A stretch of DNA of 64,000 bases from Octopus vulgaris (GCA_951406725.2 OX597818.1:9858001-9922000); one strand, 5' to 3'; counted from the first letter of the stretch, positions 1 through 11,666 are shown. Numbers and translations: made by a program. The notes: a model not told the origin generated them from the sequence alone.

Positions 1-83
1 TCACATGTGTGTGTGTGTGTATATATATATATCCATATATAGATACACACACACACACACACAAACATATATATATATATATA

Positions 84-165
84 CTTTATTATAAAGCAGC
101 AGAAATATCACAAGAACTGTTACTCAGAGTTTCACGTTCCCGTTCGTCGGACAGTTTTGTTTAGA
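84..165 (-). mobile_element. Penelope-type terminal-repeat (pLTR) fragment embedded in (TA)n, carrying a hammerhead motif
   Basis: Short non-microsatellite island between TA runs. The minus strand contains a hammerhead fold followed by AATAAA (plus TTTATT 85-90). Minimal hammerheads in pLTRs are established for Penelope-like elements (PLEs). Confidence 0.6.
115..156 (-). ncRNA. Minimal type I hammerhead ribozyme motif (U4C core variant)
   Basis: Minus strand reads AACUGU-CCGACGA-ACG(GGAA)CGU-GAAAC-UC-U-GA-GUA^ACAGUU. Stem I is a perfect 6 bp, stem II has a GNRA loop, stem III is palindromic (ACUC-U-GAGU), and the cleavage triplet is GUA. Confidence 0.8.
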
Positions 166-211
<46 letters not shown>

Positions 212-215
<4 letters not shown>

Positions 216-730
216 GGTATGTAGAAAAATACAACATGGACAAGAACGTATAACTCTTAGAAGACGACACAATAAACACAGACAGGACATTCGAAACCCT
301 CAGTCTTCAGTCAAGAACCGGATCATCGTAGTAATTTCGGCTGATTAATCTTGAGATTACTAGATCACGGCCAGCCCTCCAAGAAAAACCAAGCAACGAG
401 CATTAGAAAAACTAAGCTGGAAGCGTAGATTTCCTGGAAGAAGGATCGAATGCATACGAACACCAGGACAGCAAAAGGGACAGATATAAAAAAACAAAAA
501 ACAATAATGGAATACAGAAACATGAAATACAGAAGCATTAACGGTGAAAACAACAGTGTCTTACGACTGATAACAAGCAAACAAATTTTTCTCTGGCGCA
601 ATGGAAAAGGCCTTTATAGTGGCGGACGAAAACAGCGATGTTAACACGACGAGGGTCAGAAGCTGAAAGGCAGATTTCGGCCAACAGTCACGTGACAGAG
701 AAGAGGGAAAAGAAAAGAAAGAGAAGCAAA

Positions 731-764
<34 letters not shown>

Positions 765-1135
765 GGACAAACGCAACAAAGAGAGAGAAGAGAGAGAAAG
801 AAGGAATCAGAGAGGAGAAGGGATGGGTGTCGAAGAATGACCTGTGAGTGCAGAGCGAGACAAAGAAATAGGAGGGTAGTGGAAGACTAGACCAAAGAAT
901 CAGAGGAAAGAGAAGAGAAAAAGAGGATGAGTAGAGAGAAAAGAGAGAGAGAGGGGGACAGATCAAGTAAAAATGAGAGAGAGAGAGAGACAAACAGAGA
1001 GTCGTACCAATTATTAAGAATATGTGCTCACATAAATGTTAAGGGGGGTACGGGGCGCCTGGAATATATGTTAAGGTATGTAGAAAAATACAACATGGAC
1101 AAGAACGTATAACTCTTAGAAGACGACACAATAAA
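212..1135. mobile_element. Unclassified interspersed repeat bounded by a 65-bp direct repeat (partial-tandem, PLE-like layout)
   Basis: ttaaggtatgtagaaaaatacaacatggacaagaacgtataactcttagaagacgacacaataaa is identical at 212-276 and 1071-1135. The unit is flanked by (TA)n and has no recognisable ORF. Confidence 0.5.
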
Positions 1136-1149
1136 ATATATATATATAT

Positions 1150-1294
1150 ATTTCGTTTTTGGATTTGGTTTGCAAGATTCTTTATACGAGTTCGTGTGTT
1201 GAAGCATATTCTATTGTGTCTGGGGAGAAATTTTACCGGTGAGTGTGTTACATAATAAGGCACAAAAGAAAATGACTCTTCCCCAGACGCAATA

Positions 1295-1295
<1 letters not shown>
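1150..1295. mobile_element. Rearranged (internally inverted) fragment of the repeat family also at 8620-8750, 33345-33580 and 43545-43777
   Basis: 1150-1228 is the reverse complement of the 33500-33580 end of the family. 1229-1295 matches 33450-33520 in the forward sense. tattgtgtctgggga (1212) and tccccagacgcaata (1280) are inverted repeats. Confidence 0.65.
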
Positions 1296-1373
<78 letters not shown>

Positions 1374-1410
1374 CACATACATATATATACATATATATAT
1401 ATTATATATG

Positions 1411-1494
<84 letters not shown>

Positions 1495-1571
1495 CATATA
1501 TATATGTGTATATATATATATATATACATACATATATATATACATATATATATTATATATATATGTGTGTG

Positions 1572-2752
1572 TCCGGGGTCGCGATGGGAACTAGGATGGG
1601 CCCCAATTTCGCCAATCTCTTTCTTGGCTACATTGAGGCCCAAGTGTTCTCCCAGTTCTCTGGGCCGACCCCCGAACTATACGGTCGCTATATCGACGAC
1701 TGTGTAGGTGCCACCTCCCTTTCCCGGGAACTTCTCGGCCAATTCATCTCTTTCCTTTCCAACTTTCACCCCTCTCTTCAATTCACCTCCACCATCTCCA
1801 ACACCTCTGTCAACTTCCTTGACATCTCTCTCCGCATCGATCACCCCTCCAGCTCTCTCACCACCACCGCCTTCTTTAAACCTACGGATTCCCACCTCTA
1901 TCTCAACTTCTCTTCCTCCCACCCCTTCCACACCAAACGAGCCATCCCCTACTCCCAGTTCCTCCGCCTCCGACGTTTGTGCAGCCGCGACCAGGATTTC
2001 GAGACCCAATCTCAATACCTGGCCCGCATGTTCAGACTCCGAGGTTACCCACCCACACACCTCTCTGATGCCCTCACCCGCGCCCGTCGCATCGACCGCA
2101 CTACCGCCTTGTCTCCTTCCCCCCGCCCACCCCCAACCGCACCCCCTTCCCCCTCCTTTTCCACCCCTCTACCCTACCCCTTCGTCGCAAGATACTACGT
2201 GCCTTCCGTCGCCTCCAGCTTGATCCCACCACCCGCCCCATTTTCCCTAACCCACCCCTGTCCTCTTTCAAACGAGCCCGCAATCTGCGTGACCTCCTGG
2301 TCCACAGCACCCTCTCCCCTTCCCCCTCAGCCCCACACGGATCATTCCCTTGCTCTAGATCCCGCTGCAACACTTGCCCCTTCATCACCAACACCACCGC
2401 TGTCACCGGCTCCAACCTGCATACTGTACGCATTAGGCACTCTTTTACGTGCACCTCGTCTGGCCTTATTTACTGCATTAAATGCAACCTATGCGGGATG
2501 CTGTATGTAGGTCAGACGGGACGCCGGTTGTCCGACCGTTTCACTGAACACTTGAGGGACGTTCGCCTACACTCTTTTTCTCCCGTCGCACGCCACTTCC
2601 GCTCGGCCGGCCATTCCCGAGATGACATCTCAGTGTTTGGTCTCGCCCCCCACAATGGTCGCCCACTTTCCAGGCTCCACTTGGAGCAACGCTACATCTT
2701 CACCCTACAAACTACCACCCCACACGGACTTAACACAGCCCCCTCCTCTTGA
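1572..2752 (+). pseudogene. Penelope-like retroelement ORF (RT, Cys-rich linker, GIY-YIG endonuclease), 5'-truncated, single frameshift near 2118-2131; Neptune-like
   Basis: RT motifs [44 protein letters not shown] and [14 protein letters not shown]. After a frame change in a C-run the ORF continues TPFPLLFHP...[14 protein letters not shown]...[13 protein letters not shown]...[36 protein letters not shown]...PVARHF...LEQRYIFTLQTTTPHGLN to a stop at 2752. Confidence 0.93.
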
Positions 2753-5700
2753 GACCGTTTTTTTTTTTTTTTTTTTTTTTTTTTCCGGACACACCACCCA
2801 CACACACCCACCCACCTACCTCCCACCCACCTACCTACCTCCCACACGCCTGTTCACACACACACATACGTAGACCCATCTACGTACATACATTCACACA
2901 TTTAATCACACACACTTACAGACACACATGCACATACACACACACATACATACACACACGCATACATACTTACACACACACACACACACAGACATACATA
3001 CACACATACACACACACATACATACGCACATACATACACACACACTCACACACACACACCGCACGTACATACCTCACACACACACACATGCACACATACA
3101 TGTAGGCACATACATACATACATACCCACACATGCACACCCGTACACTGAATGCACACACACATACACCTTTTTGCATCCAGGCAGCCCCCCCCTCTTTT
3201 CTGCTTTCCGGTTTTGGCTGATGGATCCTCGGTTCCCGCGTAGCGGGGCGTTCGAGGGCCTTTGCGCTCGCGCGCCTTGGCGCGCGCTGGGGGCTCGGTC
3301 GGCCCCTTTGGGCTTGCGTTGCACTGCTTGTGCGTTGTGTGCGTGAGCGCGCTTCGTGTGTGTGGGCTTGCTTCGGTTGTGCGCTTGCGTATGTTTGCAT
3401 ACATACCCACACACTCGCATGCATCCCTACCCACATACATACACGCACACCTACTCACACACACACATACACACACACACATACCCGCACACACACACAC
3501 ATACATACATACACACACATACCCACTTCAGACATACACACACACAGACATACACCCATACACCCACACTCACACGCATACACACACACACATACACACG
3601 CACACGTACACATACACACACACACACACACCCACATACATACATTACACTTGTATACGCACACACTTACATTCATACACACACACACCTACACAGCCAT
3701 ACCCTCACTCAGACACACACATCTACCTACACACACACAAACACACACTGACACACACCCATACATAGATACATCTACACACTCACGCCTACACACATAC
3801 ATACACACATACATAAACACACACACATACACATACACACACATACGCACACACGCATATACTTATACACATGCACACACACACACATACATACACCCAT
3901 ATACATACACACACACATACCTACATACTCCTATACGCACATACATACACACAGACATACACACATACACACTCACACAAACATACACACACACATACTT
4001 ACACACACACTCACCTGCACGCGCACACACATGCATGACAAACACTCATACACTCACACTCACATACGCACACACCAACATAAACACGCACACGCACACA
4101 CACACCTACACTCCCACACACATACACACGCACCTACATACACACACGCACGCATACACACGCATACACACATACATTACACACGTACACACACACCTAC
4201 ATACACATGCACACACACACACACACAAACATGCACGGACACACCCAGACATACATACATACACCTATATACACACGCCTACACACCTACATACACACAC
4301 ATATACACACGCCCACACAGCTACATACACACACATACATACACACATACACGGACACACCCATACATACTTACATACATACACCTATACACACACGCCT
4401 ACACACCTACACACACACATGCACACACACACACATGTACGCACATACACACACATATACGCACACACATATATACCCACACACATGCACACACACACAC
4501 ATACGCACATACATGCACGCATGCACACGCGCACACCTACACGCATACACACACACACACGCACGTACACATACATACATACACACACGCATACATACAC
4601 CCATACACATACATGCATCCTACACACACATACATACACACTCACACATACATACACACACACGCACTCACTCACACACCTGTATGTTCGCGCACACACA
4701 TGCACATACACACACTTCCCCACACCCACACGTACATACATACACACTCATACACACATACACACACACACACACACACGGACATACATCTATGCACACA
4801 CATATATACACACATACTCACATACATTCATCGGACACACTGCCACCCAGACATACACACAGACACACTCACACATCCACACGCACACATACGTACGCGC
4901 ACACTCGCAGGCTCGCGCACACACGCGTTTGCGCCGGTTCGCGCACGCATGCGCCCGCATGCACCTCGCCCTTGGACCCGACGAGACCTCCCGCCCGTTC
5001 CTGGGATGTCGCTTGTCGTTGGGTTTTCCCACGCCCGTCTCCGCGGGACCACTCTTCCATCTTCCCCTCCGCTGGAGTCCTTTTCCTAACCCCCCCTTTT
5101 TTTCGTTACACACACGCGCACACATATACACACATTGCTTAAACATATACATCACTCTTACACACATTCAATCTACTCGCCACTAATACTACCACGACAC
5201 TGGACACACACACACACTACTACTCAACACACGCTGGCACGCTACATACGCCCCCACCCCTTCCCCTCCCTCCCTTCCTCCTTCCTCCCTTTTCTCACTA
5301 CTGACCTTTGTCTGCTATGCTGCTGCTATGCTGACCACCGTCTCGCCCTACCTCACACGCCTACACACAGACGCACACACTAACACATACATATATTTTT
5401 TGTTTTTTTACCTCGCCTCACACACACACATACACACACGCACACGCACACACTCACACATACACACACATCTGTTGCGTTACCAACCTTGTCTCCACTC
5501 TTTTGCCTTTAAAAACCCACTTTGCTCTTGTTATCGTAAACATCCGCCTTTCACCATGTGCTACTGCTAACACCAGCCGTTTTTTTCTCTATCTCCGTTG
5601 CCCGCTCCGGGATCTTTCTTTCCTCTCTCTTCCTTCTTTATGTTTCCGACGAAGAGCTCCGCTCGAAACGTCATACCTCCCTGCTTCCATTTCCTGAGCG

Positions 5701-5760
5701 CCTATTAATAATAATACTGTAATTGTTCCCTTGTTGTTGTTTTTTTGTTTCCCGTTTGGA
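2753..5760 (+). mobile_element. Probable 3-kb 3' tail/pLTR of the Penelope-like element: degenerate (CA)-rich sequence with GC-rich islands, ending in a hammerhead motif
   Basis: Contiguous with the ORF stop and has the same C/A-rich strand bias. It ends in a hammerhead-like motif at 5640-5678 before (TA)n. That it is one element with the ORF is inferred. Confidence 0.55.
5640..5678 (+). ncRNA. Minimal hammerhead ribozyme motif (U4C, extra A after A9), stem I imperfect
   Basis: CCGACGA (5646-5652), A, GAGC(UCC)GCUC, then GAAAC-GUC^ with a palindromic ACGU stem III. Stem I is AUGUUU/AUACCU with 2 mismatches. Confidence 0.65.
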
Positions 5761-5791
5761 TTAAAATTATATATATATATATATATATATA

Positions 5792-6135
5792 GGCGCAGGA
5801 GTGGCTGTGTGGTAAGTAGCTTGCTTACCAACCACATGGTTCCGGTTCAGTCCCACTGCGTGGCACCTTGGGCAAGTGTTTTCTACTATAGCCTCGGGCT
5901 GACCAAAGCCTTGTGAGTGGGTTTGGTAGACGGAAACTGAAAGAAGCCTGTCGTATATATGTATATATATGTGTGGGTTTGTGTGTCTGTGTTTGTCTCT
6001 TCCAACATCGCTTGACAACCGGTGCTGGTGTGTTTATGTCCCCGTAACTTAGCGATTCGGCAAAAGAGACCGATAGAAAAAGTACTAGGCTTACAAAGAA
6101 TAAGTCCTGGGGACTGAAACAAACAAAAGAGTAAA
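5792..6135 (+). mobile_element. tRNA-derived SINE, family A
   Basis: A box TGGCTGTGTGG and B box GGTTCAGTCCC. The body ggcaccttgggcaagtg...gtagacggaaactgaaagaagc is shared with copies at 8776, 52522 and 55388. Confidence 0.85.
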
Positions 6136-6408
6136 GATATATATATATATATATATATAAAATACACGAATAAACTCAGATAAACAGTAATGGACCTTTG
6201 ATATTAGTATATTTAAGTGACATGTACACCCACTGAATGCAAGGTAATACATGACAGAAACACGTACACATAAATACATCAACACACCAATTCATATATC
6301 TACAAACTACAAAAGCTATCTTGGCTTAAATAAAACAACCTTGTCACTTTGTTAGCGACGCAGTTGAATTCGGTAAAGGAAAAAACAAAATAAATCTGAA
6401 AGGAACAT

Positions 6409-6623
<215 letters not shown>

Positions 6624-7073
6624 TATGCTTGTAGCAGATAACATGTAAGCCAGTGCAACCTATGGAACAGTCTTGAAGTCGGTGATAAAACCAACAACGC
6701 TATCAATCTTGCTTTGTATGAAAGGTGGTTTTCGAGGGATACCCAGCAGGATAGACATGAAAACATATTATAAGTCGGATGAACCCAATAGATTCAACAA
6801 CCAGCTAATACCCGAGAGTGAAATATCCGAGACCTTAAACTTCTGTCTGAGAGCAGAACATTCCAAAATAATACCGCCTCACTGCGAGACTTCGAAATCT
6901 TGCACTTGCTTCTTTCTGGACAAATTGGTTAAGGAGGTGAGAGTTTCGGCGGTGGCGTGCAAGCCGTTATTAACTTTAAATGTCAGCACGAGTATTGCTG
7001 TTAAACATTGTCTTCTGTAGCTAGGATCAGATCGTCGATAGGTGATGGTCATACAAATCTACGAGTTGACAGC

Positions 7074-7131
<58 letters not shown>

Positions 7132-7136
7132 CATGT

Positions 7137-7171
<35 letters not shown>

Positions 7172-7172
<1 letters not shown>

Positions 7173-7500
7173 ATAGTAATGGTAAGACAACAAGAGAATG
7201 AAAGAGACCTCGATATTATGTAAATAGATGAATTTATCTGTAATATAATATGTGATAATTATTCGGTTGCCATAATAAAACTCCGAGTTTCGGATGTCGA
7301 GGCGGAAACCTGCACCGGCATCTCTTCAGTTATCGAGGCAACTAAAATATGCTATGAAAATGACCGTTAAACAATTGGAAATTATTATGTAAGTGACCGT
7401 TATTAAGACAAAAGAGCTATTAGAATGACAATTAAATAAGTGAAAAAAAACCAAAGCGGAGGAAATAAAAAGTAATGGAGTAAAAATACTCATAGCAATC
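7172..7500 (-). mobile_element. Penelope-type pLTR remnant with hammerhead; same family as 54990-55220
   Basis: Contains a hammerhead motif. The reverse complement aligns with 55121-55215 (gataa-cYgaaga-gatg...catc-Y-gaaactcRgagttttat). Confidence 0.65.
7266..7342 (-). ncRNA. Hammerhead ribozyme motif with extended stems I and II
   Basis: Minus strand reads GUUGCC-UC-GAUAA-CUGAAGA-GAUG...CAUC-C-GAAAC-UC-G-GA-GUU^UUAUU-AU-GGCAAC. The CUGANGA and GAAA core is canonical and stem III is palindromic. Confidence 0.75.
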
Positions 7501-8264
7501 GCGTATGCGCGCATGTACATATATACACATGCGCGCACGCACACCCACGTACATGTCTTTATATGCATATGCTCACTCACACTCGCATGAAACACACACG
7601 TGTGCACCCAAACATGCGCCAAATAGACGCACATGTATATGCAACCATGAATGTACACGTATACAAAATCGCGCGCGCACACACACACACATGTGCACAT
7701 ACCCATACATGCAACCATTCATATTTACATATACATGTACATATATATATATATCCGCACACGCGCGCACACACACGCCCGATGTACACATAGGTATATC
7801 CGCACACACGCGCTCACACACACACACACACGTACACGTACCCATACACGCACAGTTATATTCAAATGCAGGTCTAAAATATGTACATGCTATATATGTA
7901 TATGCTTACTTATACTCGCGTGGAACACTCGCATGTTCACCCACGTATATATGCAACCACACACATGTACATATACATGTACATGTATACATACCCGCAT
8001 ACACACACACACACACATACGCACGCGCGCACGAAATTCATATACATGTCTATATACCCACATGCACAAGAAAAATGCAGGGTGGAAGGTAGAATACAGG
8101 AAAAAATGTGTAAAAATATATAAAGCAATAAAAATATAAAAATATATCTCTGTAAATATGTAAAAAATATATAAGGAATATATATAAAAAGTATAGAGAG
8201 ATAAAGAGCTTGTACGTGGACACAATATAAAAAGCAAGTTCTGTGATCTTGGGGGGAACAAAAA

Positions 8265-8535
8265 CGTAACAAATATTTCCATATCACAAACACCGCACTT
8301 TCCACTGCCGTTGGTGTAAGACTTACACCTGGCTAAGATCTTCTAGTGGATGTTGTAACTGACATCTTTATATTTTAAGAACCATATGTGACTGGATAAT
8401 TTGGTTGTTTACCTTTCATCGCAGTGCCTGAAGCTCAAGCTGTGATTGTTGAACCTGGCCTTGAAATTCCCCTCTATACGGCCCACAATTTTCTTTGTCG
8501 AAACTGTGCCCTTCGTGGTTCTAACTGTACACATA
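8265..8535 (-). pseudogene. GIY-YIG endonuclease fragment of a second Penelope-like family
   Basis: Minus-strand translation through stops: IVGRIEGNFKARFNNHSLSFRH...TKLSSHIWFLK...YNIH*KILARCKSYTNGSGKCGVCDME. This matches the PLE pattern YIG.TE..FK.R..NH..SF...LS..IW.LK...C.LC..E. Confidence 0.75.
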
Positions 8536-8619
8536 TGGGTACGTGCATGTGTGTGTGTGTGTGCACGCGCACGCCTGTGCGTGGATATACATATGTGTAC
8601 ATATATATATATATTCATT

Positions 8620-8750
8620 TTTCGAAAAGGTCGCAAGAAGCAACGAGAAGTTTAGAGAAATAAATAAGTAAATGCGTGGAAATCGAACCGGTGAGCGTGT
8701 TAAAAAATAAGGCACTAAAAGAGAATGACTCTCCCCAGACACAATAATAT
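8620..8750 (+). mobile_element. Fragment of the repeat family at 33345-33580 with a degenerate U3-A8 hammerhead-like motif
   Basis: Aligns with 33393-33515 (gaaaaggtYgcaagaNgcaacga...gagaatgactctcccc). Confidence 0.6.
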
Positions 8751-8775
8751 GTGTGTGTATCTGTGTGTGTGTATA

Positions 8776-9220
8776 GGCGCAGCGTGGCTATGTAGTAAGA
8801 AGCTTGATTTCCAACCACATGGTTCGGGTTCAGGTCCACTGCGTGATACTTGCCTAATTGTCTTCTACTATAGCCTCGGTTCGAACAAAGCCTTGTGAGT
8901 GTATTTGGTAGACGGAAACTGAAAGAAGTCCGCTGTATATATGTATGTGTGTGCGTGTGTATGTGTGTGTGCGTGTGTGTGTATACGTGTGTATGTGTGC
9001 GTGTGTGTGTGTGTGTGTCTGTCTCTGTGTCTGTCTGTATCTGTGTTTGTCCCTCCCACCATCGCATGACAACCGATGTTGCTGTGTTTGCGTCCCTGTA
9101 ACTTGACTGTTCGGCAAAATGGACGGAGGCTTACAAAGAATACATTCTGGGGTCAATTTGTTCGACTTAAGGCGGTGCTTCAGCATGGCTGCAGTCAAAT
9201 GACTTAAACAAGTATAAGAA
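8776..9220 (+). mobile_element. tRNA-derived SINE, family A (near full length)
   Basis: Aligns to the 5792-6135 copy and includes the 3' part ggcggtgcttcagcatggctgcagtcaaatgac. Confidence 0.85.
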
Positions 9221-9223
9221 TGC

Positions 9224-9256
<33 letters not shown>

Positions 9257-9297
9257 TGTATGTATGTATGTATGTATGTATGTATGTATGTATGTAT

Positions 9298-9867
9298 GAA
9301 GTTGTATGTCAGCTCACTTTCGAGTGCTACTGGTAATATGTAACCCAGTACAACCTGTTACATGGTCGGGTCGTCGGCGACTAAACCGGCAACCCCACCA
9401 AGCTTGCTTAGTGAGGAGGGTGTTTATTGGACAACCTGCGGGATGAAAAACAAAACCTATCAAGGGCGGAGGAACTCTTGAGAGTCAACGGCCATCCAAT
9501 AAATGTCTTAAGGCTGTATCATGCGCGGTGACATAGAAATAATCGGACTGAATACCCGATCGCGCGGTTAAACTACTGGGAGTGAAGGACTCCTAGCCTC
9601 TGTTAGGGCATCCTTCTAGGAGAAGGTAACTCAGGTAACTGGGATAACTCCAACATAAAACCTGCGGCTCAGTGGTTACCGATGATGTTGACTTGTTCTT
9701 CTTTTCGGATTATGGCTGCTGTTGCTTAGTGAGTGAGATTGACTCAGTGCACAGCCTTTCCTCACTTTAAAAAAAATCTCCTTGCACAGGCATTGCACGA
9801 TAACAACATTGATTAAGCTTCGTGCTATGGCCATACTCGCTAACGAGGGGGCAGCCACCATGTATGT
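9298..9867 (+). mobile_element. Non-autonomous RTE-derived element (RTE-like 5' UTR fused to RTE 3' end) inserted in (ATGT)n
   Basis: The 3' end gctatggccatactcgctaacgagggggcagccaccatgtatgt aligns with the 3' end of the RTE at 31081-31127 (gcaatggtcttcctcggtcacgagtggacggccatcatgtatgt). It contains agggcatccttctaggagaaggtaactc, a motif I recall from RTE 5' UTRs. There is no ORF. A diverged homolog lies at 53230-53430. Confidence 0.75.
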
Positions 9868-9943
9868 AAGTATGTGTATAGATAAATAAATAAATAAATA
9901 AATAAATAAAAAGATAGATATCTGCAGTTGATGTACTCAACAA

Positions 9944-10189
9944 CAATGGCTCTCAACCAAGGTCTAGTTGATCCTTGGATGGGGTTCCGTAAAAGATTTT
10001 GTTAAAATTTATGTGCAATAAATTGTTTAAACATTTACAATATTTTAACAATTTTTAATATAATTCCTAATAATATTTAATTATGAGAGCATGATACCAT
10101 TTTTTAAAACACCGAATGGCTATGTGGCTACACCCGAGTAATATAGGAATGAAAGGGACCCATAAACATAAAATGGTTTAGAACCACTG
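9944..10189. mobile_element. hAT-type MITE
   Basis: Terminal inverted repeats caatggctctcaacc / ggtttagaaccactg (CAGTGGTTCTCAA type). The flanking 8-mers ctcaacaa and cttaataa match at 6/8, consistent with a decayed TSD. Confidence 0.7.
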
Positions 10190-10915
10190 CTTAATAAAAA
10201 CACTTGTAAGTGTTGCCCCAGGCCGGCAGTGATCCAAATACTGAATTTCTAAAAGAATATACGGTTGTCTCTATTTGTACACGTGCGTATGCCATATTAT
10301 ATTGTAAATATATCTGCATATATTCTTGTGCATGTGTGTGTGTATGCTCGTTATTATGCTGGAACATTCTTGTGAATACACATGTGTGCCTTCAAATAGA
10401 ATTTTATTTCTTTCTCTCCTGATATATCGTCTTCCCTTTCTTTCTCTCTTATATAATTTCTTTCATTCATTCTTCTTTCATTTATGTAATAATTTATTTA
10501 GTGTATTCTTTTATTCCTAATTATTCACAGCTTTTTTTTTTCTATCTCTTCTCTCTGTAATTCATCTCATCTTGTGTAGCACCCATATTTTAACCAACTT
10601 CTTCACACATTTCTGTTCAGTTTTTCACCTCTGTTTCCTCTATAACCTTACTCTCTTTGTTCATTGCATTTATCCATTCATGCGACTCTCTGCCTTATTT
10701 TTCAAGGCCTTTTTTTCTTCTCCTCCTTTGCTCTTTTTAGTTTCCTCTCTTTCATCTTTCACACTTTCTCTATTTTTTCTCCTTTGTCTACTTTTTTCTC
10801 TCTTGCTTAATGACAACCCCCTCCCCACTACCACCACATTTCCTTAGTCTCGTTTCTCGTCTCTCCATTTCTCATTCTCCATGTACGCATGTATATAAAT
10901 ATATATACATATATG

Positions 10916-10949
<34 letters not shown>

Positions 10950-10979
10950 TATATATATATGAATATATATATATACATA

Positions 10980-11033
<54 letters not shown>

Positions 11034-11120
11034 TATATACACGCATATATTCTTTTGTTCTTTTATTCTTTTATATGTTTCAGATGTATATACATATGCG
11101 TGTGTTTGTATGTATGTATG

Positions 11121-11170
<50 letters not shown>

Positions 11171-11206
11171 TAAATATATATATATGTGCATATATATATG
11201 TATATA

Positions 11207-11246
<40 letters not shown>

Positions 11247-11283
11247 CAACACACATACACTTACAAACAAATATATGTGTAAA

Positions 11284-11343
<60 letters not shown>

Positions 11344-11606
11344 GCATATATATATATGCACATATATATACATACATATATATGTATGTGCGTGCGCGAG
11401 AATATCTTTCTCTTTCCCTGTCTTTCGTCAAACTCTTCTTAGTATTGTGTTGTCCCTATTTCACTTTTTATTAAACTTTTCACATCTATCTCCTTACCCA
11501 CCGTTTCTTATTGCCCTTCATTCAATTTCTCTCGTATCTATATAATTCTCTCCCGCATTCCTCGTTTCCCCTCTCTTCACGCTCGTTCTCCATCTTTGCA
11601 TTTCTT

Positions 11607-11666
<60 letters not shown>

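Noticed and set aside
281-320. CTGAAGA on the minus strand as a hammerhead core
   Set aside because: Followed by GAAT rather than GAAA, with no convincing stems.
3218-3260. CTGATGG plus hairpin as a hammerhead
   Set aside because: A9 is missing and there is no GAAA after the stem.
3330-5186. 618-aa His/Thr-rich ORF
   Set aside because: Degenerate CA repeat that is open in several frames at once.
9380-9421. Twister ribozyme (CCAAGC loop, GGAGGG)
   Set aside because: Loop length and flanking helices do not fit the twister consensus, and the homolog at 53320-53360 does not keep CCAAGC.
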